Origin: Malacoraja senta
Lineage: Eukaryota
Direction: 5' to 3'
Length of the DNA: 64,000 bases
Assembly (NCBI GenBank): GCA_038087875.1
Contig: CM075989.1
Location: forward strand, 2,480,001 to 2,544,000
The translations under genes and the position numbers were made by a program. Position 1 is the first letter of the stretch. Every line of letters begins with the position of its first letter. Shown here piece by piece: positions 1-11,557 of this stretch. Below the pieces are notes generated by a model. The model had not been told where the DNA came from. It worked only from the letters and a program-made list of their open reading frames with translations, and made no database searches.

Positions 1-839
1 AATTGGATGTATTGGTGGATGGGAAAGATTTAAACGGGTATTGGATTTAAACGGGTCAGATCATTAAGGGGTCTGGTCGAACGGGTTTCCTGGCTGGCTT
101 GCAGGTAAGTCCCACATTCACGGTCACTCACGTTATTTAGTAATTGTTTTCCATTCTCTCTCTCTCTCTCTCTCCCACCGTTCCAAGGTTGGTTCTTCAG
201 TTTGCCTTTATTTTGCTTCAGTTTCATTTGTTTAAGTGTTATTTATCACATTGTAGCTTTTGAAAGATTAAAGCGGGTACCAGACGCTTTCTAAGGGCCT
301 TTCCTTGCCCAGCGCAGCTTAAAATCAATCTGCTGCATTGAGGCGATCGAGGCTCCCAATGTTGAAGCCCCCGCCGGCAGATTTTAAGCCGCGCTGGGCG
401 ATGAAAGGCCCCGCAAACGGGCCGATTCAAGCCCCACAATTCAGGCAGACGAAGCTGCAGTTGCTGGAGTTCGGAGTCGGTCACCAACCAGGTCAGCTCC
501 CGATGTTACCGTCCACAGGGAAACATGGCCGAAGCCTCGCATGCGTGCGTGTGTGCACGTGACCAAGAAATTGTGCCCCCAAATTGTGTCCCCCCCCCAC
601 CCATGTTTTGAGAGTGATTTATGCCCCTGGGTTGGTGGATGGTAGGGAGTGTTTCTGTGCTGCATCTATCCATAACTCTTTGACTCTAACAGTCTGCGTA
701 GGCCATCAAGCACTCGTTTATACTGATCGACCTAACCCATTGTATTCATATTTCCCCAATACCCAGATTCTATCACTCTCACAACTCCAGACACTTAGAC
801 TTAATGCTGCACAGGTGACATATTTAACCCACATTGTTT

Positions 840-920
840 TTTCAGTTCAGTTTAGTTTATTGTCACATGTATGGAGGTACAGTGACAAGCTTTTGTTGCG
901 TGCTACCTAGTCAGCATAAA
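840..920 (-). mobile_element. 3' end of a Rex1-like non-LTR retrotransposon
   Basis: Minus strand reads ...gtgacAATAAActaaactgaactga. The same segment (gaggtacagtgaaaagcttttgttgcgtgct) recurs at ~38770-38910 and ~63325-63450. Confidence 0.55.
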
Positions 921-1001
921 GGCATTTGAGAAGGGACTGGAAACTGGAGCACCTGTAGAAACCCACGCAGTCACAACACCAGGGGTCAGGGTTGATCCTA
1001 A

Positions 1002-1219
1002 AGGGCCTGTCCCACAGAGCCGACTCTTAAGGCGACTGCCAGGGACTAGTTTGAATGGAATTCACCTACGACACCTGGCGACAACCTATGACAGCACCTG
1101 CGACAAACTACCACAGCAAAAACTCTTGCCAACGTCGCCGAAAATATTTCAACATGTTGAAAGTTTTGCGGCAGTCGCCTGTAGTCGCCCAAAAAAATCG
1201 CCTAAGTGGGACAGGCCCA
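1002..1219. mobile_element. Non-autonomous MITE, PIF/Harbinger-like
   Basis: TIR AGGGCCTGTCCCAC...GTGGGACAGGCCCA, flanked by TAA/TTA. CpG-rich interior with repeated CGAC/GTCG motifs. Confidence 0.8.
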
Positions 1220-1522
1220 TTAGTCACAGGAACTCTACCAACTGCAACATTGTGCCATGCATGAAAATGTTGCTCTCGGTAATGCGTGCAGGAGAAGAGA
1301 TTACATCCTTGATAGATCCAGTACTTGAAATGTAATTCATCATTGAACCTTGGCAACCTGAAATGTGTTTCTGTCAATGTCCTGGCAGCGAAATCCTCCT
1401 CGTCCCCAGCTGAGGTTGGTGCTCATTGGTGTTGTATCTCAATTCATCGTACACCCAAGAAGCGAGCCAGTCCTGGGCAATGCAGTGGGCCATACATGCT
1501 GCCTAAAATCAATAAAGACACA

Positions 1523-1822
1523 GGGTGGCATGGCGACATGGTGATAGAGCTACTGCCTTACAGCGCCAGAGATCTTGGTTCAATCCTGATTACGGTTTGT
1601 ATCTTGTCCCCGTGACCTGCGTGGGTTTTCTCCGAGATCTTCGGTTTCCTCCCACACTCTAAAGACGTACAGGTTTGTAGGTTAATTGGCCTAAATGTAA
1701 ATGTAAAATGTTCCTTAGTGTGTGTAGGGTGGTGTTAAAGTGCAGGGATCTCCGGTCAGCGTAGACTCGGTGGGACGAAGGGCTGTTTCTGCGCTGTATC
1801 TCTAAACTAATCTAAACTAAAC
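1523..1822 (+). mobile_element. HE1/V-SINE-type tRNA-derived SINE
   Basis: tRNA-like head with B box GGTTCAATCC, V-domain GTGGGTTTTCTCCG...TTTCCTCCCACACT, CR1-like tail and (CTAAA)n end. Confidence 0.85.
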
Positions 1823-1879
1823 AAAGTACTGGAATAACTCAGCGTTGAGTAAACCAGCGTCCGCAGATCCTTGTGTTTA

Positions 1880-2185
1880 GATTAGTTTGGAGATACAGCG
1901 CGGAAACAAGCCCTTTGGCCCACAAAGTCCACACCGATCAGCAATCCCCGTACACAAGCACTATCCAACACATTTGGGCCAATTTACAATTTTGAACAAT
2001 GCCAAATTAACCAACAAGCCTTTGTGTCTTTAAAGTGTGGGAGGAAACCGGAGCACCTGGGGAAAACCCACACGGTCGTGGGGAGAACGTACAAACTCCG
2101 TACAGACAGCACCCATAGCCAGGATTGAACCTGGGTCTCTGGCACAGTGAGGCAGCAACTCTACCGCTGCACCACTGTGCTGCCC
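1880..2185 (-). mobile_element. HE1/V-SINE-type SINE
   Basis: Reverse-complement match to the same SINE head, V domain and tail. Confidence 0.85.
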
Positions 2186-2679
2186 TAAAGGAAGTTCCAC
2201 CAAAATCGGACCAAAGAAAATTCACATTTATTCTGTTGGCACATTCACTTAGCAATAAATGTCGATGACACTGGACGTTAATGTTCATTTTTGTTCATGT
2301 TTCAGCTGCTTGTCCCAGATTTTAAGATGTGGTGTCATTGGATTTCTGTTTGCCTGTCATTAGATCACCATTGTCTTTTCTGTATATGTTACTACATAGA
2401 ACATAGAACAGTACAGCACAGGAACAGGCCATTTGGCCCACAATGTCTGTGCCATACATGATGCCAAGACCAACTCTTGTCTACCTGCACAAAATCCATA
2501 CCCCTCCACTCCTCACATATGCCTAACCAAATCTCCCTCAAATGGCACTGCTGCATCTGCCTCCACCACCCCCAGTAGCATATTCCAGGCACCCTTCATC
2601 CTCTGTGTACAAAAACATGCCTCGCACATCTCCTAAAAACATTGCTCCTCTTGCCTGGAGATGGGAGGGTGGAGATTCA

Positions 2680-3058
2680 TGTTCAGAAGTTCAGAATTTC
2701 TATGAGCAGAATGAGGCCATTTGGCTCATCAAGGCCACTGCGCCGTTCAATCATGGCCGATCTATCTTTTCCTCTTAACCGCATAACCCCTGACACCCGT
2801 ACTAATGAAGAATCTATCTATCTCTGCCTTAAAAATATCCATTGACGGCCTCCACAGCCGTCTGTGGCAATGAATTCCACAGATTCACCACCCTCTGACT
2901 CAAAAAATTCCTCCACATCTCCTTCCGAAAGGAACGTCCTTCTACTCTGAGGATGTGGCCTCTGGTCCAAGTCTCTCCCAATAGTGGAAACATCCTCTCC
3001 ACATCCACTCTATCTTGGACTTCCACTCTTCGGTAAGTCTCAATGAGGCCCCCCCTCA
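2680..3058 (-). mobile_element. CR1 LINE 3' fragment
   Basis: Translates ...RGGLIETYR...TRGH...NFLSQRVVNLWNSLPQ, the CR1 ORF2 C-terminus. Confidence 0.85.
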
Positions 3059-3511
3059 GATGTGGGGGTGGAAGGCTAGTACTGTGGGATTGCCATTGAG
3101 ATGGGATGGGGATGTACACACAGATGGACACAAGGCTCCAGATGGAACTGCTGCTCCACCACATCCAGAGCTCTTGGTGCAGTGACGGAGAACAAAATCA
3201 ATACTCAAAAAAAATCTGTCAACACACAGAACAGGAGGACAAGAAAATTAAGGCACAGAAGAGCTGTCAAAGCTGGTTATGGTTTTAGCATGCTTTAGGT
3301 TTATTAATTCTTTGATGTAACCAGCTTATTTGCATTTCAGAGGTTGCTTAGTATACCTGCCCATCGCTGCTCTGTGCAGATCATTGCATGCTTGGCACCA
3401 GTACAGAGATGCAAGCATCTGCCTGCATTAACCCAATCCTGCACAGATACTGCATTTAGGTGGCCCAATCCTATACAAGCACCAGACCAAACCAATCCTC
3501 AGAAAAAAAAA

Positions 3512-3860
3512 CCATGAAGGCAATAGTGGTAGACGCACAAAGTCTCTTGCCCAGAGTAGGGGAATCGAGAACCAGAGGACATAGGTTTAAGGTGACGGGG
3601 GAAAGATTTAATAGGAATCTGAGGTGTCACTTTATTGAAGGGTAACTTAAAGGGTGGTTGGTGTTTTGAACAAGCTGCTGGAGGGGATAGTTGAGGCAGG
3701 GACTATTGCAACGTTTAAGAAGCAATTAGACACGTACATGGATAGGATGGATTTAAGAGGGATATGGGCCAAACGCAGGCAGGCAAGTGGGACTAGTGTA
3801 GGTAGGACATGTTGGCCAGTGTGGGTAAGTTGGGCCGAAGGGCCTGTTTCCACGGTGGAT
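3512..3860 (+). mobile_element. CR1 LINE 3' fragment
   Basis: [17 protein letters not shown]...VVGVLNKL...FKKQLDTYM, followed by the gggccgaagggcctgtttcc tail. Similar copies at ~4643-4920, ~6617-6965, ~19865-20137, ~27840-28110 and ~31085-31370. Confidence 0.85.
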
Positions 3861-4221
3861 GCCTCTATGCGAGAGAGAGTCATGCAACACAGAAACTGGC
3901 CCTTCGGCCCAATGAGTGTGTACTGGTCATCAACCAGCCAGCAGGCATCCTAAAACAGAACCGTGTACATGTACATCAGATGTACCTGAACCATCCCTGT
4001 ACGTATGAGATGTTAACCAAATCCTGTACAGGTACTGGACAGAAAGTCGACCCGAAATATCACCTTTCTTCCAGAGGTACTGCCTGATCCGCTGATTTAC
4101 TCCAGCCTATTGTGTCTGTCTTTGATTTAAACCAGCATCTGTAGTTCCTCCCTGTAAAAGGTATGTGCCGTTTCCGTGTGTATCCACGTGTGTCCAGTCA
4201 GATTAACATTCACGCCAGCTT

Positions 4222-4321
<100 letters not shown>

Positions 4322-5214
4322 ACTTCAGCAAATAGCGACCAAGGTGATGAGGGTTTACTGCTTTTAAAAAGAAAAATTAAAAAAACATTTAAAACATTTA
4401 AAAACACTGATTACACTGCGAGAGGCATTACTGAAGTCGGGTCGGGTTTACTGAAATGGCGGAAGTTTCGCTCCGGTGCGTACTACACGTCAGTCCATTG
4501 GATTTCGCAGGAGTGAACCATCTTGCTCCACTCTAAGATCTTTGCACCTGACTAACCAAATCCTACCCCTTCTACTCAGGTAGCTGGTTGCTAAATACTG
4601 TTTGCTCAGCTTTCATACAATCAAACTTCAGAAACCACACCTGGTGAGGTGGGAAAGATTTAATAGGAACCTGAGGGGTAACTTTTTTACACAAAGGGTG
4701 ATGAGTGTATGGAACAAGCTGCCGGAGGAGGTAGTTGAGGCAGTTGAGGCAGGTACTCTCATAACATTTAAGAGACATTTGGACGGGAACATGGATAGGG
4801 TAGGTTTAGAGGATTATGGGCCGAGCACAGGCAGATGGGACTAGTGTAGGTGGGGCATGTTGGTCGATGTGGGCAAGTTGGGCCGAAGGGCCTGTTTCCA
4901 TGGTGTATCACGCCATGACTCAGTGACCTCTAACTTGTTCTCCATTATCTTCGAGACACAGTGGAGGTGAATGCTTATGGTCCCTTCCGGACCAAGTACA
5001 TCCAACTTTCCAGGAATGACATGGCAATCAAATTACCACCATCTAAAGCGATCACACCCAAGGAGGAAAAATAAAACATAAATCAATTATCGATCATCCA
5101 GCAATGGAAGCAAAAATGAGATAACATAGAACTGGTGTGAACGGATAATCGATGGTCTATGTGGACTAGGTGGGGCGGAGGGCTTATTTCCGTGCTGCAT
5201 CTTTCAATGTTTTT

Positions 5215-5508
5215 TTTTAGAGAAACAGGCCATTCGGCCCATCCGAAACCGTACCGACCAGTGATCCCCGCCCATTACCACTACCCTACATACGCAAGAG
5301 ACAGTTTACATTTATACCAAGCCAATTAGACTACAAACCTGTACGTCTTTGGAGTGTGGGAGGAAACTGAAGATCTCGGAGAAAACCCGCGCAGGTCACA
5401 GGGAGAGCATACACACTATGTACAGAGACAGCACCCGTAGTCGGGATCAAACCAGATCTACTGCCGCAGTAAGGCAGCAACTCTACCGCTGCGCCACCGT
5501 GCCGCCCA
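5215..5508 (-). mobile_element. HE1/V-SINE-type SINE
   Basis: Reverse complement of GGCGGCACGGTGGCGCAGCGGTAGAG head plus V domain. Confidence 0.85.
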
Positions 5509-6315
5509 GATAATCAATCAATTTTCCTTATTGTTTTGGGAATTAAAGCAACAGTCCAAGTTAAGTGAAGCCCAACATAACCTTGTTTCAACCCGAAACA
5601 TCGGCATTTCCTTCCCATCACAGATCCTGCTCGACCCACCTAGTTTCTCCAACAGAACACTCATTGGTTCAGTGAGTTAGAACTTGCACAGATATACATT
5701 GCCACTTTGGTCGCAAATGCCCTTTTTCCTGGCCTGGCCCCACTCGCTCATTTCAGCCTCTCTCCCACAGCTAACACATGAGGTCCTATGTAGGAAGGAA
5801 CTGCAGATGCTGGTTTAAACCAAAGATGGACACAAAATGCTGGAGTAACTAACTCAGCGGGTCAGACAGCATCTCTGGAGAGAAGGAATAGGTGACGTTT
5901 GGGGTCTGAAGAAGGGTCCCGAACCGGAACGTCACCTATTCCTTTTCTCCAAAGGTGAGGTTCTGCTGAACAGACTATCAGGGAAAGATCAGGAGGGTGT
6001 CGTGAGCAACATCAGGCTGACAGCACAGAGAGAAAGGGAGAGGAAGTGTACAGCCCACGCTGAACGCCTCACATCCAATCCCGCTCATATTGGCAGACAA
6101 TTAATTTTGTTGTGAGAACTAATCAGGCTGCAGATTAACAGAGGAAATAACAGGGTTTGAAAGATTATGCAACTGTAATTAGAAACCATGACTTCATCGC
6201 AAGAAAACTATTCTGCTCTGTAATTTTCAATCACAGAAAACCTGTTCATGTGGCACACAAGGAACGTTATACCCATGAACAGCAATACATCACAATGTTG
6301 ACTGTGGGCAGTGGT

Positions 6316-6525
6316 CTCCCCGTGAATGCGTGGGTTTTCTCCGAGATCTTCGGTTTCCTCCTACACTCCAAAGACGTACAGGTTTGTAGGTTAATTGGCT
6401 TTCTATAAATATAAATTGTCCCTAGTGTGTGTAGGATAGTGTTAATGTGCGGGGATCGCTGGTCGACGTGGATACGGTGGGCCGATGGGCCTGTTTCCGC
6501 GCTGTATCTCTAAACTAAACTAAAC
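6316..6525 (+). mobile_element. 5'-truncated HE1/V-SINE-type SINE
   Basis: V domain through to the (CTAAA)n tail. Confidence 0.85.
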
Positions 6526-8060
6526 AGGAGCACCAGTCAGCGGAACACCATGGACTGCCTTGGGTTCCGTCCAGTGCAGGAACCAGCCATTGATGCATCG
6601 ATCTCCATTGGCATCTAATAGAGGTCAAAATCATGGGGGGAATAGATCAGGTAGACGCACAATGTCTCTTTCCCAGAGTAGGGGAATCGAGAACCAGAGG
6701 ACATAGGTTTAAAGTGAGCGGGGAAAGATTTAATAGGAACCTGAGGGGTAACTCTTTCACACAGAGGGCGGTGGGTGTATGGAACAAGCTGTTGGAGGAA
6801 GTAGTTGAGGCAGGTAGATGTTGGAGAAATATTTGGATAGGAACATGTATAGGTCAGGTTTAGAGGGATATAGGCAGATGGTACACGTGTAGATGGGACC
6901 TGTTGGTCGGTGTGGGCAAGTTGGGCTGATGGGCATGTTTCCACACTGTATCACTCTATGACTTTATGGCAACAAAGCAGGACTTTGCTTGGTTTCCGAT
7001 ACCAATAGACTGACAGATGTACACATGAAAATATAATTCCATTGGCTTTGAGTACTGCACCCTTTGTGCCTTTTGTGCTTTGGGAAGAAGGTATAGGTGT
7101 CTGAAAACGGTATCACCCAGGTTCAAGAACAGTCTCTTCCCAATGAACATCATGAACTCCAACTAAACTCCAAACTACGAACGTCCTTGCTTGCACGAGG
7201 GACTTCAGGCATTGTGTTGGGTTTTTTGCATCATATTGGTATATTTTTTATTTATTGAACTATTTTTTTATTTTTTTATTATATTATCTAGAGGGGATTG
7301 TGTTTACAAACCTATTGTGCTGCCGTAATTGTAGTGTTTTGGTAGATACAACAATAAACCACACATGAATCTCGTGCCCTGCATAAGGACTAAACAGACA
7401 AACTGCTTTCTCTATAATATTTCATTTCTCCTCCCCTGCACAAAGTCCTGGACTAACTCAATGGGTCAGGCAGTGTCTCTGGACAATGGGTTGGAAGGGT
7501 CTTGACCCGAAACGTCACCCATTCCTTCCCTCCAGAGATGCTGTCTGTCCCGCTGAGTTACTCCAGCTTTTTGTGTCTAGCATTTCTTGAGAATATGGAT
7601 AGGTGACGTTTTGGATCAGGAACCTTTCTCAAGCATCTCCTCTACTTCTCCCCTTTCAGTATTCCATGAAGATTCTCTGCCAATGTCCAAAATACCTTCC
7701 CACGTGACAGCACCTGACCTTTGACCTCCTCCCATCCTGTTGCCCAAGAACCCACATTTCAAGGTGAAGTGGTGATCTATTCCAATTTGCTGCTCATGAT
7801 TTGGTCTCATCTACTTTCACCGATCACACATGGTATATTTGTGGCATTTTGTGCAACATCGCCACTCCCACCCACATTGAGGTGACCCATTAGCTGTCAC
7901 GTTAATTCCCCGGCCCACCTGCATTGTAGACTTTGCTTTCCTTCTTTGTTCCAATTTAACTTGCATTTATGTTTCCAATATAAATGCAAGGAATGAGGTA
8001 TCATTTTCCCAAAAGGCACATTACAGCATTTGAGATGCCAAAACAAATTGAACGATTTGA

Positions 8061-8275
8061 AGTGTTTAAGAAAGAACTGCAGATGCTGGAAAAATCTAAG
8101 GTAGACAAAAATGCTGGAGAAAGTCAGCGGGTTAAGCAGCATCTATGGAACGAAGGAATAGGTGATGTTTCGGGTTACTGAAGTCTGAGGAAGAGTCTCG
8201 ACCCGAAACGTCGCCTATTCCTTCGCTCCATAGATGCTGCCTCAACCGCTGAGATTCTCCAGCATTTTTGTCTAC
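8061..8275. mobile_element. Fold-back Penelope-terminus element with hammerhead core
   Basis: Inverted arms joined at CTGAGGA...GAAACGTC. Perfect 11-bp TSD GAACGATTTGA (8050-8060 / 8276-8286). Confidence 0.8.
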
Positions 8276-8884
8276 GAACGATTTGAGGTAATCATTCTGG
8301 CTGTACATGTGAAGAAGTCCTCAAGTTGCAGACGGGTAAACCAGCCACACACTGTAACTCCTGTACTTAATACTGGAGCATATTTTAACCAAGAACCGGA
8401 GCAGAATAACAACTTTTGCAGCCAAATCCTAAGCTAAAAGATGCCACTGCTGCAAAAGAAACCTGTCGCACAACATGTAATTGAGTGTGGAATTTTATGA
8501 AATTAAATCTAAATGGCCAGGTAGGTTGCACACACTGCAGGTGCTGAAGGAGTCCACAGGGAGTTGTGAGGTGTATGCAGAGTACTCATCCGCATTTCCA
8601 AACACAAGTGTGAATTACAATTTTAAACACAATGTACCGTAGTTGCGAAAATGTCAGGATAAGTGCTCAATCAAGCCCAAAGCCAAAGTAATATCTAAAC
8701 TAATTATGCAAACTTATACAAAGGACAATAACTAACTCCATATACAATAAGCAGCTACCTACATGTTAACAAGCACGTTGATGAGGCACATCCATGTTGT
8801 GGCTCTGTCCATGGAATCAGCATTGAGTGTGTTCCACAAGCACACTTTGCTCTGGCCTCTCATTGTTACACCCCTCACAGTCAG

Positions 8885-8965
8885 TCGGTTGTGCCTTTGC
8901 CCTGGTAGGCTCAACTACAAGCTGCTCTAAGAAACCATCCCGTAGACACTGTACAAATGCCTCAG
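8885..8965 (-). mobile_element. 81-bp internal CR1 endonuclease-domain fragment
   Basis: Translates EAFVQCLRDGFLEQLVVEPTRAKA (CR1 APE FL.Q.V.EPTR motif). Flanked by a 21-bp direct repeat. Confidence 0.7.
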
Positions 8966-9094
8966 TGTTACACCGCTCACAGTCAGCACTCCTGCACTGC
9001 AACGTGGAGCAGGATTTCATGCAACAAGTAAGCAGTGTGTTTTTTTAATGACGTTAACTTATTCACCTTTCAGGATCTGGACATGAGCGGACAA

Positions 9095-9365
9095 GGCATC
9101 ACTGACAGTGGGTGGGGCATCACTGATAATGGGTGGGGCATCAGCCACAGTGGGTGGGGCATCAGCCACAGTGGGTGTGGCATCAGCCGCAGTGGGTGGG
9201 GCATCAGCCGCAGTGGGTGGGGCATCACTGATAGTGGGTGGGGCATCAGCCACAGTGGGTGGGGCATCACTGATAGTGGGTGGGGCATCAGCCACAGTGG
9301 GTGGGGCATCAGCCACAGTGGTGGGGTATTGCCACCTGTGGGTGGGGCATCACTGGCAGTGGGGT
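9095..9365. repeat. 21-bp G-rich minisatellite, about 13 copies
   Basis: Unit GGCATCAGCCACAGTGGGTGG alternating with variant GGCATCACTGATAGTGGGTGG. Confidence 0.95.
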
Positions 9366-10654
9366 AGGGAGTTACTATTCCCATTCGCTCCATCCACTCA
9401 TGGCCCACGGTGAGGTGGGGTCCGTGCAGAAGGCCAGAGTGACCCCAGGGCTATCACCGGGAGCAAGAGCTTGTCTTGGATCAGAGTCAGCATGCTGCAG
9501 AATAATGCTCTCAGCAAATTTTCTCAAAGGCTGGAATTAATAGCATTTTTCCTTATTAACGCTGACTGATTGCCTTCCACTCTGGCAATAATGCCAAGGA
9601 GCATTTAGCTCTTGAAATTCAAGCTGCACACTCCTCACACAGAGACGTAGAATGTTCAGAGCATCATAACCTTTCTCCTGAAGCAGCAGATGCCTGCAGA
9701 ATATCTATGTTAGAATTACCCTGTTACCTCATAAATAACCAATATTCTATTATACAGTTTGTTTTTACAGCACAAACAAGCTTGTGGAACCTCCAAAGTC
9801 CTTTTTTCACAAATCTTCCTGAGCTCATTCAAACTCCTGTGTATCTTAAGGATGTTAATTTAACAATAAGAAATAAGCTTCTGGGCCATTAACATTTTAA
9901 GTCTCCAGAGTAATAGATCGTAGAGTGGTGTAATCTTTATTACCTCAGCATCTGAATTTAAACGCTCAGCTCCTAACCCTCTGTAAGACCAATCTAAGCT
10001 CAATATGACTTACATGTAGTGAAGGTGAGGGTTTTTGGCAAAGGCTCTTGGTGCAATCGACCGTAATCCCGAATTTATGATGGTCCTGGAAATGAGAACA
10101 AATGCAAAAGGTTACAAGTTCTGTGTGCTCATAACTATGATTTATTGTACACCTGATCAGAAAGGTGGATTGGATAAACCCTCGATACCACAGCCGTTGT
10201 GTTCCCTACAAATTTAAACACCCACTGTGACTGCAAGATGACCACGAAACAAACCTCAGCATTTATTAAAAATGAAAAGTACCTTTGATGAGCTCAGATC
10301 AAAGCGATGAATAGATTCTTTGTTCAGTTTTTCTCCTGGCCAAGCATCTTAGATTAATATTAGTACAATGTACACTGTATCATTCAGCTGGAATGAGTCA
10401 TCAAGGACTCTCAGTCAAAACCAAGGAAGTGGGACCCTGGTTGAATCAGATAGCCATGACTTCTCCTCTATCTCATAACACAGCAGACACTCTGATAAAC
10501 TTATTTTTCTCCACAATCAATCCTGGCAATGTATTGAAGAAAAAGCTTCGGTGAGCTGGGGAGAAGCCTTTCTAGAGCATTGAAATATTACTGCATGGAG
10601 TATAACTCCAGATTTAAGCAATTTAGCAGCTTTTAACTGTTTTAAACCAGTTGG

Positions 10655-10952
10655 TTTAGTATAGTTTAGAGATACAGCATGGAAACAACACGGCCCACCG
10701 GTTCCACACCGACCAGCGATCCCGCACATTAACACTATGCTACACTAGGGACAATTTTTACATTTATACCAAGCCAATTAAACCTACAAAGCTGTACGTC
10801 CTTGGAGTGTGGGAGGAAACTGGAGTTCTCAGAGAAGACCCATGCAGGTCACGAGAAGAAGGTACAAACTCCACACAAACCAGGATCGAACCTGGGTCTC
10901 TGGTGCTGTAATTGCTGTAAGGCAGCAACCCTACCGCTGCACCACCGTGCCC
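10655..10952 (-). mobile_element. HE1/V-SINE-type SINE
   Basis: Reverse-complement head, V domain and tail. Confidence 0.85.
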
Positions 10953-11271
10953 AGTCCTCATTGAAATTAGACAAGCATTAATTATTGAGCGTTAAAAACA
11001 ATTGGCATTTTCAGTACATTGACAGCTGGTTTAACCGCAGTCGATCTGTGAAGACTTGACGTTTGCAGGCTGTGAACCAAGTCACAACTCACATATTGTT
11101 GTAGTTATTGCAAAACTCAGCTTCAGTCCATGAACCAGGCGTAAAGACTCTGGGACACAGTTGATGCTGGTGGGAGCTCATGGGAATGTGATCTGGTGTT
11201 GGAGGAACACAGATGACAAAAGAATCTCTTAGGCTTTACTCTCTTGTGTAAAATTATGCTCCATCTGCTTG

Positions 11272-11557
11272 TTTAGTTTAGTTTAGAGATACAGCATTGA
11301 AACATGTCCTTCAGCCGCCGAGTTCACCCTGATCAGCGATCAACCATTCATCCTAGTTATATCCTACACACTAGGGACAAGTTACAGAAGCCAATTAAAC
11401 TACAAGCCTTTGGAATATGGGAGGAAACTGGGGCACCCAGCAAAAACCTACGCGGTCACAGAGAAAACGTACAAACTCTGTATAGACAGAACCCATAGTC
11501 AGGATGGAACCCAGGTCTCTGGCGCTGTTGGGCAGCAACTCTACCACTGTGCCACCG
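11272..11557 (-). mobile_element. HE1/V-SINE-type SINE (diverged)
   Basis: Reverse-complement head, V domain and tail. Confidence 0.8.

Noticed and set aside
1000..1012. MITE terminus AAGGGCCTGT matches the SINE/CR1 3' tail
   Set aside because: Only 10 bp match, with no homology beyond it. Not enough to infer a relationship.
9035..9413. Repetitive ORFs or a CRISPR-like array
   Set aside because: It is a head-to-tail 21-bp minisatellite without unique spacers. Frames are open because the unit is a multiple of 3.
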